DNA of 64,000 nt from the human T2T-CHM13v2.0 reference genome, Homo sapiens, in NCBI RefSeq assembly GCF_009914755.1, contig NC_060931.1. One strand, written 5' to 3'. Positions 1 through 12,364 of this stretch are shown piece by piece; positions within the stretch are counted from its first letter, which is position 1, and each line of letters starts with the position of its first letter. A model generated the notes under the pieces. That model was given only the letters and a program-made list of their open reading frames with translations, had not been told where the DNA came from and made no database searches. The position numbers and the translations under genes were made by a program.

Positions 1-129
1 GTAATCCCAGCTTCTCGGGAGGCTGGGGTGGGAGAATCACTTGGGCCCAGGAGGCAAAGGCTGCAGTGAGCCAAGATCGTACCGCTGCCTGCGTGGGCAA
101 CAGAGTGAGACTCCATCTCAAAAAAAAAG
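1..129 (+). mobile_element. Alu right arm, cut by window edge
   Basis: gtaatcccagct...ggagaatcacttg...gcagtgagccaagatcg...gagactccatctc followed by an A-tail. Confidence 0.9.
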
Positions 130-413
130 AGTCCCCAAAACATACTGACTCCCAAAGCTCATACTTATGAGGCTCAGATTGTGGTTTGGCCTAATCCTGG
201 CCTCACGACTTCAACCCAGCCCTCACTCCCAGGGGAAACAGCACACCCCCATTAAGAGCCTCCCATGAGGAGCCACTCTCCCTGACCAAGGGTCCTCCGG
301 CTGGCTTGGCCTCCATCAGAGGGAAGCAGAAATGGGGGCATATAAAGGAAGAGAGTAGAAAAAAAGTAAAAGGACCCACTCTTGCAGTGGAGAGTGATAG
401 ATGTCATAGCTGC

Positions 414-2028
<1,615 letters not shown>

Positions 2029-2874
2029 TTACACCTGCTGGCTTGACATAATTGTTAATAACACCCCCTTTCACTCGCAAAAGGTACCTGATTGGACCAA
2101 AACAATGACATGGTGACTCTTCCTTGGAAAAGGACTAGAAAGAATAAAAAATTATTCTTTTGAAAATGTTTTTCCTATAACTCATAATACATGTATAGCT
2201 AGAAATTGACCATTTCACTGTGTGACCACATTCACCTTTACAAATTAAAAATTATATTCTTATCCAAACTGTCTTAATCAAAATAGTATATCATCAAGCT
2301 GCACTTTTATTCTTAATAAAAAAATGTTATATATGCATAATATGATACTGAAATTAACCAGAGAGAGTTTTGATTAAAATGAGTTCTTGCAGTTCTTTGT
2401 TCCCCTAATTGCTGGAAAATTCAATTCGGTCATAAGCTTAAAACTTTCCTGTACTTGTTTTCCTTAAGAAAAACTGAGTTTGTTTCTTTTGAACGAAAAG
2501 TTAAAAAGTTTAAAAGACCAAGCAACGAACAACATTTACAGCCTGGAACTATATATGTCAATTTATGTGAAACCACATCTATTTCAGGAGAGAAAACAGA
2601 GTTGCTCATTTCCATGGTGGGCCTGCAGCCCCCTCTCCTCCAGAATGCCCTCACCCACCCCTTCTTTACCCAAACCTACCCTTATTACACCAAACCACCA
2701 GACACCCCAGTAAGATTTACAGATTCTCTGAGAGCTTCCCTGCAGCATAATTTTCTCATTTGAAAAATAAAAATGCAGTGGGGATTTTTCTCCTTCACAC
2801 ACACAAAAAAAAGATGCTTTAAAAAATGTTTCAAAATACCATATAACACATGTGTAATTGTAGATAGTGTTGTT

Positions 2875-3058
2875 TTTGGAGCTAGACCTGTATTTGAATC
2901 CCCACCAAACCTGCACTACTGCTTATTATTTGAGTGACTTTGGTTAGTGACTGAAACCTTTTGTTTTATCGGTAAATGGAGGGTTAATAATACCTGCCTG
3001 CCCCAATGTCTTAACAATGGAATAAGATGGCATAAGGAAATGCCTGGCATTCAGTAGC
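2875..3058 (+). mobile_element. MIR relic
   Basis: gagctagacctgtatttgaatccc...gtgactttgg...gtaaatgg...aataatacct...gcctggca resembles the MIR core. Confidence 0.6.
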
Positions 3059-3741
3059 CACTTTCCCTGATTAGTCCTACAATCATTTGGTGACTAATGA
3101 TGTGGGCACTATGTAAAATTTGCAACCTCCTTTCTTCTTCTATTTTCCTGTCCCAAGCTGGAAGAGTGAGAAAACTTTAAAATGAATTGAAACTCACAGA
3201 AGTCAGCATTAGCCTTTGTTCTTTTTCAGTTTCATTAAAAGGGCTTGATGCAGAAGACAGACTGGAATATTTGGGGTTTTAGATGCACCGGATAATTGTC
3301 ATTGTCCCTTTATGGTGGAAAAATCTAAAGTTGGTTGGGTTGTCTATCAATCATTCTATCAGACAATATTAATATCCCTAGCATTACATCCTCTATTAAA
3401 CATAAAGAAAACACCTAACTATGAAGGACCTGGTTTTGCTCCCAGATACACATTCAGTGGCTCTTATTTATACGGTTTGAGTGTATACAACAGAGGAGAG
3501 AGATTTTTTTCATAACCAGTTTTCATTTTGTCCAAATGTGTCATCGCATAATACTCCTGTAAAGCATATTTAACTTAGCAAATTGAGTCCTAAAGCATTT
3601 CTTTCATTCTGTTTTTTCTCATCGAGATTACTCCTTCATCCACTTCAAATAGCTCTTTCCCTGCCAGAGCTTACCACCTTGTCTTAGGATCTCTCTGACA
3701 TTTCTTTTTTCCTTCTTTTTTTTTTTTTTTTGATATTTCTA

Positions 3742-3923
<182 letters not shown>

Positions 3924-4050
3924 CTAGGCGTGGTGGCATGTGCCTATAGTCTCAGCTCCTCAGGGGGCTGAGGCAGGAGAATCGCTTGAACCTGGGAGGC
4001 AGAGGTTGGTGTATTAGTCAGGGTTCTCTAGAGGGACAGAACTAATAGGA

Positions 4051-4606
4051 TGTATATATATATATATATCCTGGGTTATAGGACATATATATTATATATA
4101 TATATTATATATAATAGATATATTATATATATATTATATATAATAGATATATTATATATATATTATATATAATAGATATATTATATATATCTATTATATA
4201 TAATAGAGATATATTATATATAATAGATATATTATATATATCTATTATATATAATAGAGATATATTATATATATCTCTATTATATATAATATATCTATTA
4301 TATATATCTAATATATATAATAGGATATATATATATCCTGAGGAGGATATATATATATACACTCCTCAAGCTTGCAGACAGCCTATTGTGGGAACTTGTG
4401 ATCATGTAAGTTAATAGTTACTTGTATTAACTAGAGGGACATACTTACTTGTATTACTTACTTGTATTACTAGAGGGACAGAACTAATAGGATATATATA
4501 TAATAGGATATATATATATATTATATATATAATAGGATATATATATATTATATATATAATAGGATATATATATTATATATATATATATAATATATATATA
4601 TATATG
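4051..4606. repeat. Complex (TA)n-rich tandem expansion inside the LTR
   Basis: Degenerate units such as atatattatatataatagat and taggatatatatata at 4051-4360 and 4490-4606. Confidence 0.95.
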
Positions 4607-4679
4607 CTCCTCAAGCTTGCAGACAGCCTATTGTGGGAACTTGTGATCATGTAAGTTAATACTTAATAAACTCCCATAT

Positions 4680-4767
4680 TGGGAACTTGTGATCATGTAA
4701 GTTAATACTTAATAAACTCCCACGTGGGAGTTTATTAAGTATTAACTTACATGATCACAAGTTCCCA
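4680..4767. repeat. Perfect 88-bp palindrome (44-bp arms, no spacer) centred on CACGTG
   Basis: Base-by-base pairing holds from 4680 to 4767, with the centre between 4723 and 4724. Confidence 0.95.
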
Positions 4768-5869
4768 CAATAGGCTGTCTGCAAGCTTGAGGAGTAAGGA
4801 GACCCAGTCTGAGTCTCAAAACTGAAGAATTTAGAGTCCGATGTTTGAGGGCAGGAAGCATCTAGCACAGGAGAAAATTGTAGGCTGGAAGACTAGGCCA
4901 GTCTCACCTTTTCACGTTTTTCTGCCTGTTTATATTCGATGGCAACTGATTAGATTGTGCCCTCCAGATTAAGGGTGGGTCTGCCTTCCCCAGCCCACTG
5001 ACTCAAATGTTTGTCTCCTTTGGCAATACCCTCACAGACACACCCAGGATCAATACTTTGCATCTTTCAATCCAATCAAGTTGACAGTATTAACCATCAC
5101 AGTTGGAGTGAGCCAAGATCCTGCCACTGCACTCCAGACTCCATCTCAAAAAAATAAAAAGAAAAAAAAAAGGAATAACTGAGTCCTCAAGAGGACTTTC
5201 TTGGCTTTCAGCCTCATGCTCCTCCTGAATCCTCACCTCACTCCCTTCTGTGTCTCTTAGCTGCCCTCATACATCACCAGTGCTTTTGCCTTCTGACCTT
5301 AAATATTCTGAAGCATCATTTGCTTATTGAAATCACCCATTTATGTCAGTGGGGTCTAGCTAAGCAGAAGAGACCAAGATGGCAAGTTCAGCTGCTGAAG
5401 TGTCGCAGTTGCCCTTGTCAAGTGGAGACAAACACATACAAAGGAGGGATGGGAGGTTGATGGAAGGAAGACATACGCCCAAAGCCAGCTCATCAACTTC
5501 CAATTTTCTATTGACTTGTCAATTAAACACATGTGTGCACAATCCATTCAGCATGGCCCATGCAGGTCCTGCAGGCGGAGAGGGCTGCTTCAGCTTCATG
5601 ATGGTTTCGGTGGAACATGCCCAAGGGATTCCTTTAATAGTACTCTATAGCACTGAGAAGTTTGTTCATCTCAATTGTTCTCTAATCACTTAGGTCCATT
5701 GTAACCTTGGAGAGGTAGAGAGAGGTGCCTTTTATTTTGGTGCAGGTGGGAGATCATTATCAGCCTGATTTATATTCATTAAACAATTGTAAATTCACAT
5801 TTTCTTTTTGTCATTCTTTCTTCCTTGCATTCTCTTCATCAGTATAGGTTCTGTTGTGAATTTTCCACA

Positions 5870-6100
5870 GCAGTTTAACCTCCAGTGTGGTCTCTGGAGT
5901 CAGATGTCCTGAGTTCAAGTCCTGACACTTCTATTTACCAGCTGCGTAGCCTTGGGTGATACATTTTGTCATTTGGACCTCAGTTTACTGATCCTCACTA
6001 ATGAGAATGAGAATACTGACTACCTGATTGGTTTGCTGAGACTAAATGAGTTAATTCTCATAAAGTGCTTAGTATGATGCACAGAGTAAGTGCCCCTTAA
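5870..6100 (+). mobile_element. MIR
   Basis: ctctggagtcaga...gagttcaagtcctg...ccttggg...cctcagttt...taaatgagttaat...taaagtgcttag. Confidence 0.75.
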
Positions 6101-6289
6101 ATATCGTTCCATCAACCAACATTTGCTGTGTGTTCTTCTAGTCAAAGTGATTTTTAGGTTTGTTCTTCATGGAGCCCTACACTTTGCATCTAGGCAGGTA
6201 ATGTCCAGAGCCTAGGAGATTCTCTGTAGGCACAACAGCACCAGCAAGAAGGTAAGCTTAGATGAGCTATGATCCTGGAGTGGCAGTCA

Positions 6290-7212
6290 CTCCTTCATCT
6301 ATTCATTTCACTCAGTAAATATTATTGAGCACCTACTATGTGCTAGGCACAGTTCTAGGAGATGGCAAACTAAGTAGACAAAATTCCTGTTCTCCAGAAC
6401 TTTGTTTTCTTTTTTTTTTTTTGAGATGAAGACATTTGTAATTTATTCTCTATGAATACAAATATATATAAACACACATAGAATCTGTTTTTACAAAAAT
6501 TGTATCAAATTCTTCATATTGAAAATGGCTCACTTCACATGATGTATTTGACCATTGTTTCATATTGATCTACACGTTAAATTATTATTTTTTTTTTTAC
6601 TTTAAGTTCTGTGATACATGTGCAGAACGTGCAGGTTTGTTACATAGGTATACATGTGCTATGGTGGTTTGCTGCACTTATGAACCTGTCACCAAGGTTT
6701 TAAGCCCCGCATGCATTAGGTATTTGTCCTAATGCTCTCCCTCCCCTTTCCCCAAATGGGAGGAGACAGAAAATAAATAAACGTAAAAGGCAAGAAAATA
6801 TTAGAAAGTATAAAGTGCTATGCAGAGAATTTATCCTGGGTAGTGTGCTAAGTAGTGACCAAGTAGCTACCCTTGGTTGTATGTTCAGGGAAGGCCTCCG
6901 AGGATCTGATATTTAAGCTGGCATGCAGAGAAACTGACCACAATGATAACAAAGATTTCTAGGAGAAGTGAAGAGCATATGCAATGATCCTAAGATGGGA
7001 AGGAGAATCAGGAAGGAGCCCAGATTGACTGGTTGGCAGAGAGTTGTGTAAAATGGAGCTGGAGAGGTAGACAAGAGCCCAATCCTTTAGGCTGTATATG
7101 TCAGGGAAAGGAGCTTGGATTTTACTCTAACTGTGATGGGAGCCACTGGAGGCTTGTGAACATGGAGGGACATCTGATTTACATTTTTAAAGGTACTCCG
7201 TGGCTGTCTTGT
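6290..7212 (-). mobile_element. L2 3' relic interrupted by L1 fragments
   Basis: aaatattattgagcacctactatgtgctaggcac (L2 3' end), continuing after 6755 as ggaggagacag...gggagccactggagg...tttacatttttaaagg. Confidence 0.65.
6582..6753 (-). mobile_element. L1PA8-like 3' end fragment
   Basis: ttactttaagttctgtgatacatgtgcagaacgtgcagg...ggttttaagccccgcatgcattaggtatttgtcctaatgc. Confidence 0.8.
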
Positions 7213-8441
7213 TGCTTTCTTCTATTGTCACTGGGCGTGCTGGCCCCATATGCTAAGGCACTTATTGTCTTTGGAAGAAGCTAGCCCACGCAGCCACGCA
7301 GGAAGAACTACCAAGATGCCATCAAACTCTCATCTAAAAAGCCTACTGTTCTTTTACCATTTGTGCTCTTAGGAAGTAACAGGATGAAAGCAGTGATGGA
7401 AGCAAAAGTTGACCATCTGCCCTGAGAATTGAAGTCCAGGAAAGATCATATCAGGGCTACGGTGCCATGAAGGTTGGGTCCTACATTCTGGCACTCTGTT
7501 TTTTATAAGTTCACTATGCTCTGCTACCCATTCTGATATTCCAGAGCTGAAGGATTTACCCCTGCTGAGCAGAGATGAGCCAGGTTAACTTTTGGGGTGT
7601 ACAACAAACTGGATCTCAAGAATATTTGACTATTTTGGTTTGTTAGTCTACACAGAGTTGCTCCTAGGAGCCATGGCTTGTAGGATGTCAGTTTATCTCT
7701 GACGACAAATGAAAATTACACCCAGTCTTGTATCTGGGTTCTGAAGCTAATGAAAATGTGTTTGAAGATAATCCCACGGCCAGATAATAGTAAGATGAGG
7801 ATCTTTTCTAATATTTCATGGTGATGAAGATCTCCGTTCCATTAGGAAATATTCAGTGTGTGCACAATGAACATTGGGCAGGGAATCAGAAACCCTGAGA
7901 TCTGGCTTCATATCTGCCACCGATGGGTTGTGTTTAAAGTTTGGCAAGGTACTTCGATTTTGCAACTTAGTCTACTTGTCTCTAAAGGAAGGAACTTGGA
8001 TGACTTCATCCTGGATCACTCTCAGCTCTCATGTTTGATTGTCCATGTGCCATTACCCTGATTCCCTGCTGGCCACATTTGTGGAATGGCTGGGCTAAGA
8101 GCAGAGACGTCTGATCTACCCTAGAGCTGATTGGACCACACAGGGATCATACCTACACCTTTGACTTCTTTAGCACCTTTTCATTATCAATTGAACCAGC
8201 CATCTGCAGTGAGGAGGAGTGTAGCTTAAGTAGGTTTATCTTCCGCACTAAACTATATACCCTTTAATGCTATAGTCACGAAATTGTACTAAATCTTCCC
8301 TGTGTATTTTATATTATTCAATCCTCATTAATAATCCCATAAAGTAAGTGCTAACATTATCCCCAATTTAATGCAAGAAACTGAGCCTTGAGGAGGTTGA
8401 GTAGTTCACCTGAGGACACACAGCTAGAAAGCACCAACTTT

Positions 8442-8571
8442 ATTTTTTTTTATTTTTATTTCCATAGGTTATTGAGGAACAGGTGGTGTTTGGTTACATG
8501 AGTAAGTTCTTTAGTGGTGATTTGTGAGATTTTGGTGCACCCATCACCTGGGCAGTATACACTGCACCCTA
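8442..8571 (-). mobile_element. Very short L1PB-like 3' end inserted into a MIR (about 8310-8620)
   Basis: Poly-T then ccataggttattg...ggttacatgagtaagttctttagtggtgatttgtgagattttggtgcacccatcacc. TSD tagaaagcaccaacttt (8425-8441) / tagaaagtgccaacttt (8572-8588). Confidence 0.85.
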
Positions 8572-9465
8572 TAGAAAGTGCCAACTTTAAACTCAGTCTA
8601 ACTCAAAGCCCACACAGGAATTTAGCTGCCACATTCCAGTGCCATTGCTTACTTATTTTACCATATTCCACAATACTTATCACGGTGTTTGATAGACATT
8701 ATTAGACGTTCAATAAGTGATTCTTGAACGAATAAATGTTTAATGCTAGCATGCCTTCAATATAACCTTCAGAAACTATATAAACATGTTATATTAACAA
8801 ACAATTATAACCTTGTTAACCAGAAGTCTTACCCACTCTACTTAGACTTAGTATGGAATTGCTCATGAAACCAGCTCCAGTAATCAGAGCTTAACCTACA
8901 TAAGGACTTACGGGTATAACTTACCTCAATGACCCTGGCCATCCTGCAATTAGCCATCCTTTTGGTTCTCAACTGGAGGGATATGGCTGGTAAAGATATA
9001 TGAGAACCATTTGAGGAACTTTTTCAAAAGACAGAAGTCCTTTGTGCCACACCTGCCCTCTCTAACTAATTCTAATCTATCTGGGGAGGGAGGAAATGGC
9101 TAGTTCTGTGCAAGTTCTCAGGTGTTTCTGATACATTTTGCTGTGTACTTCCATCTCTGCTCCTAACCCTACATATACACCTCCATTGAGAAGAGCTACC
9201 ACTGTAGTGAAAGTCAGCTCTATCTCCATTTAAATGAAGTCTGATTTCATTAGAATCTAAATTAAGTGATAAGGCTGTATGTGGCTGACTTGAGTATAAA
9301 GACACCCAGAATTCCAACTGTATTGTTTATTAATTATTTTACAGATGAGTTTTGACTGTAGCTGACATATTTATGTTTCATTGTATCTTTTCCAGAATCT
9401 GACTTGTAGAACAAAGTACAGAGCTTGCTTTCAAATTTGACTAAAGCATAATAGGTGTTATAAAG

Positions 9466-9656
9466 CAGCACCGTCTTGCAAAACAGTGACGGAAATGTTC
9501 TTTATCTGCTCTGTCCAATTTCATACCATAGACACATGTGGCTTTTGAGTGCTTGAAATGTGTCTAGTGAAATTGAGGAACTGAATTTTTGTGTTTTATT
9601 TTAATTAATTTAAATAACCACATGTGTCTAGGGACTGCTGTGTTGGAATGTGCAAG
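9466..9656. mobile_element. MER3-like hAT-Charlie element
   Basis: gacggaaatgttctttatctgctctgtccaat...cacatgtggcttttgagtgcttgaaatgtg...gaggaactgaattttt...ccacatgtg. Confidence 0.75.
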
Positions 9657-10209
9657 TACAGAGAAACATTGCTTCATCTTTTTAACCAAAATAATGTAGT
9701 TAATACCAGAACTCATTTCATGTTTTTAAAAGTCACTTTTAATAATGTCTAAAGCAAAAACTGAAACAATGCTGTAAGAGCCCAGAATAAATTCTAGCAT
9801 GCTTACATTTCCACCAGGGAATGAATTCTTAAAGAAAGAGAATATTCTGACCCCAGAGTAGATGAAAGCAGGTAGGCAGAGAAGAGACACTCCCAAGGGG
9901 AGCTCCCTGCAGGTTCCTAGTAGGCTGTGAGACACAGAACAGTGAGACCGTCAAGGAGAGAGAAATTTCCCCTCAGAGGAAAATCTAAATGTGGTTTTAG
10001 CCACCTGTCACCCCAGAGGGAGGACAGGATAGCAGTGTTAAATTGGTAAGATTGTAAAACAGGGAGCTTAACTAACCTTCAAGGCCAGCTAAGGTGTATA
10101 AAGTGCATTTCAGCCAATGGAACTCCATTCCTGAGATCCTGAGGGTTTCCACCTATATGGCAGATTGGAAACCTGAATTTCTTTTATATTATAAAATTAA
10201 TAATTTGGG

Positions 10210-10522
10210 GGCCAAGCGTGGTGGCTCATGCCTGTAATCTCAGCATATTCGGAGGCCGAGGCAGGCAGATCACTTGAGGTCAGGAGTTCGAGACCAGCCT
10301 GGCCAATATGGCAAAACCCCCCTCTCTACTAGAAATACAAAAAATTAACCAGGCAAGGTGGCAAACACCTGTAATCCCAGCTACTTGGGAGGCTGAGGCA
10401 CAAGAGTCATTTGAATCCAGGAAGTGGAGGTTCCAGTGAGCCAAGATCGTGCCACTGCACTCTAGCCTGGGCAACAGAGCAAGACTCTACCTTAAAAAAA
10501 GAAAAAAAAGAAAGAAAAAAAA
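10210..10522 (+). mobile_element. AluS
   Basis: Full dimeric Alu with A-rich tail. Confidence 0.93.
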
Positions 10523-10771
10523 TTAAATTAACATTTCTGGCTGTCCACAGAGGCTCGCACCTGTAACACTTGCTTGTGAAGATATTAAGTCTCTCTGCAC
10601 TCAGAGGGTAGGTTGGCTATATTACTCATATTACCTGATGGGTGTATTGCTTAGAAAACTTTGTTTTTCTATTGAAAATGGGAAGCAGTATGGTGGGGTG
10701 GTCCTGGATCATGAGTCAGGAGGTCTACCACTAAGTCTGTCCCTAACAGGCTCTCACTTGTCCTCTGAGTT

Positions 10772-10959
10772 TTTGTTTCCTAATCTCAAAATGAAGCAAG
10801 TTGACTGGATAATTAATATTATTAATTGATCATTAAAATTATACATATTAAGATTAATTGACAATTATAATCAATAATTATTAAGTATAATTATTAATGA
10901 TGTTAATATTATCATTATTATCCAGTCAGTTTGCTTCATTTTATAGATTAGGAAACAAA
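10772..10959. repeat. Inverted repeat (~42-bp arms) with a ~100-bp AT-rich spacer inside a MIR relic
   Basis: tttgtttcctaatctcaaaatgaagcaagttgactggataat versus attatccagtcagtttgcttcattttatagattaggaaacaaa. Confidence 0.88.
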
Positions 10960-11133
10960 TCTATAACATTTGGACTGGAAAAATTACCAAGTTCACATCC
11001 AGCCCTAAACTTCTTTGACTCTAACACTAAATTACAATACTATCTTGTATTCCTTCTCTGAAAGACTTCTCAATTAAAAATCATTTTCTTGAAGATTCTC
11101 ATTTCTTTTTTCTGTCTTTTCTTGTGGGTTTTC

Positions 11134-11443
11134 TTTTTTTTTTTTTTTTTTCTCCTTTTGAGACAAGGTCTCACTCTGTCACCGAGGCTGGAGTGCAGCG
11201 GCACAATCGCGACTATTACACCCTCAGGTTCAAGCCTCAGCCTCAGCCTCCGGAGTAGCTGGGACTACTGGCACATGCCACCATGCTAATTTTCTTTTCC
11301 TTTTTTTTTTTTTTTTTTTTTTTTTTTTGTAGAGACCAGGGCCTTGTTGCCTAGGCTGGTCTTGAACTCCTGAGCTCAAGTGATCCTCCTACCTCAGCCT
11401 CCTGAAGTACTGGGATTACGGGCAGGAGCTACCACTCCCAGGT
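11134..11443 (-). mobile_element. AluJ with expanded central poly-T
   Basis: gagacaaggtctcactctgtcacc...ctcctgagctcaagtgatcctcc (J-type). Confidence 0.88.
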
Positions 11444-12318
11444 TCTTTCATTTCTGTCCTTTTTATTGCTACCCTCCCCCCACTGAACACCAAATATCCA
11501 GAAGGTGATGCATTTGAAGGAAAATCAGTCAATACTCAGCATTCCACCTATTATCTACTACTACCTAGGAAGTGGGAAATTAAACTATAGAACCCAAATT
11601 CCCAGGGTTTAGTGAAAATCACCCAAATAAAAAATACTCAGAAGAACATTTTCATGGTTTTTCTAACATTCTAAATGAATGAGACCACAGTTCATTCAAG
11701 TTTGAATAAATCAAATAGAAACATAAAGGTTGTCTTTTTTTTAATGTTTCGAGTATAATAAGTAAGCTTATGAAATGAAATCTCAGCTCATTAGTTGAGC
11801 CGCCATGATGAGTGATTTTGATATTTGGTGAGTCCTGTGAACAAAGTTCTCCAGTAGGAGCAATAATGGTAAAAGTCGTGTCCGTTGGCTCATAGCACAG
11901 AGGAAAGTATGCTTCACCCACACATGCATGGTGCCAGCAAGCCTCGGCTGCCTTTTGGCAGGGGCATTGATCTTCCTTTTCTCTAAGAAATCCTCTCCCA
12001 TCTTATAGAAAAATGCACAAAAAGTACGTCCCATTGCCTTAATTGGAATATCACCCCTATGATCCCAGGGATCATTTTCAGGGGTCAGGGAGACCCAGAA
12101 GAGGTTTTTCATGAGACATGACTATGTAGCTAAGACAGAACCTTCCTCAGTGGCCTGCAGTCCACGTTCTGCATAAAGCCCATCTTCACCTCGATTTATT
12201 TTCTCCATCCTAGGAGCATGGATAAGGACATTGCATCCTCGTTTGTGTCTGTGGAAAATTGAATGATGATCAAACAATGATACTGATTCAAGCCAATATG
12301 TATTACGATGCATTATGT

Positions 12319-12319
<1 letters not shown>

Positions 12320-12363
<44 letters not shown>
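12320..12363. repeat. (TG)~22 microsatellite
   Basis: Uninterrupted TG run. Confidence 0.98.

Positions 12364-12364
<1 letters not shown>

Larger units (their letters stand above)
4010..5101 (-). mobile_element. MLT2A (HERV-L) solo LTR with internal (TA)n expansion and inverted duplications
   Basis: Termini tgtattagtcagggttctctagagggacagaac...caatcaagttgacagtattaaccatcaca match the MLT2A reverse complement. TG..CA ends and a 5-bp TSD gttgg (4005-4009 / 5102-5106). Confidence 0.9.

Noticed and set aside
4051-4800. Repeat-spacer-like pattern suggestive of a CRISPR array
   Set aside because: Eukaryotic LTR-derived copies separated by TA microsatellite; no unique spacers and no cas genes.
5379-5693. 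104-aa ATG ORF with good Kozak context in unique sequence
   Set aside because: No recognisable domain or promoter context, and the length is compatible with chance. The adjacent LTR points the other way.
7230-7850. Possible processed pseudogene in complex unique sequence
   Set aside because: No sustained frame, recognisable protein, polyA tail or TSD.
11805-11920. C-box-like ATGATGA suggesting a C/D snoRNA
   Set aside because: No D box (CTGA) or terminal stem at a suitable distance.
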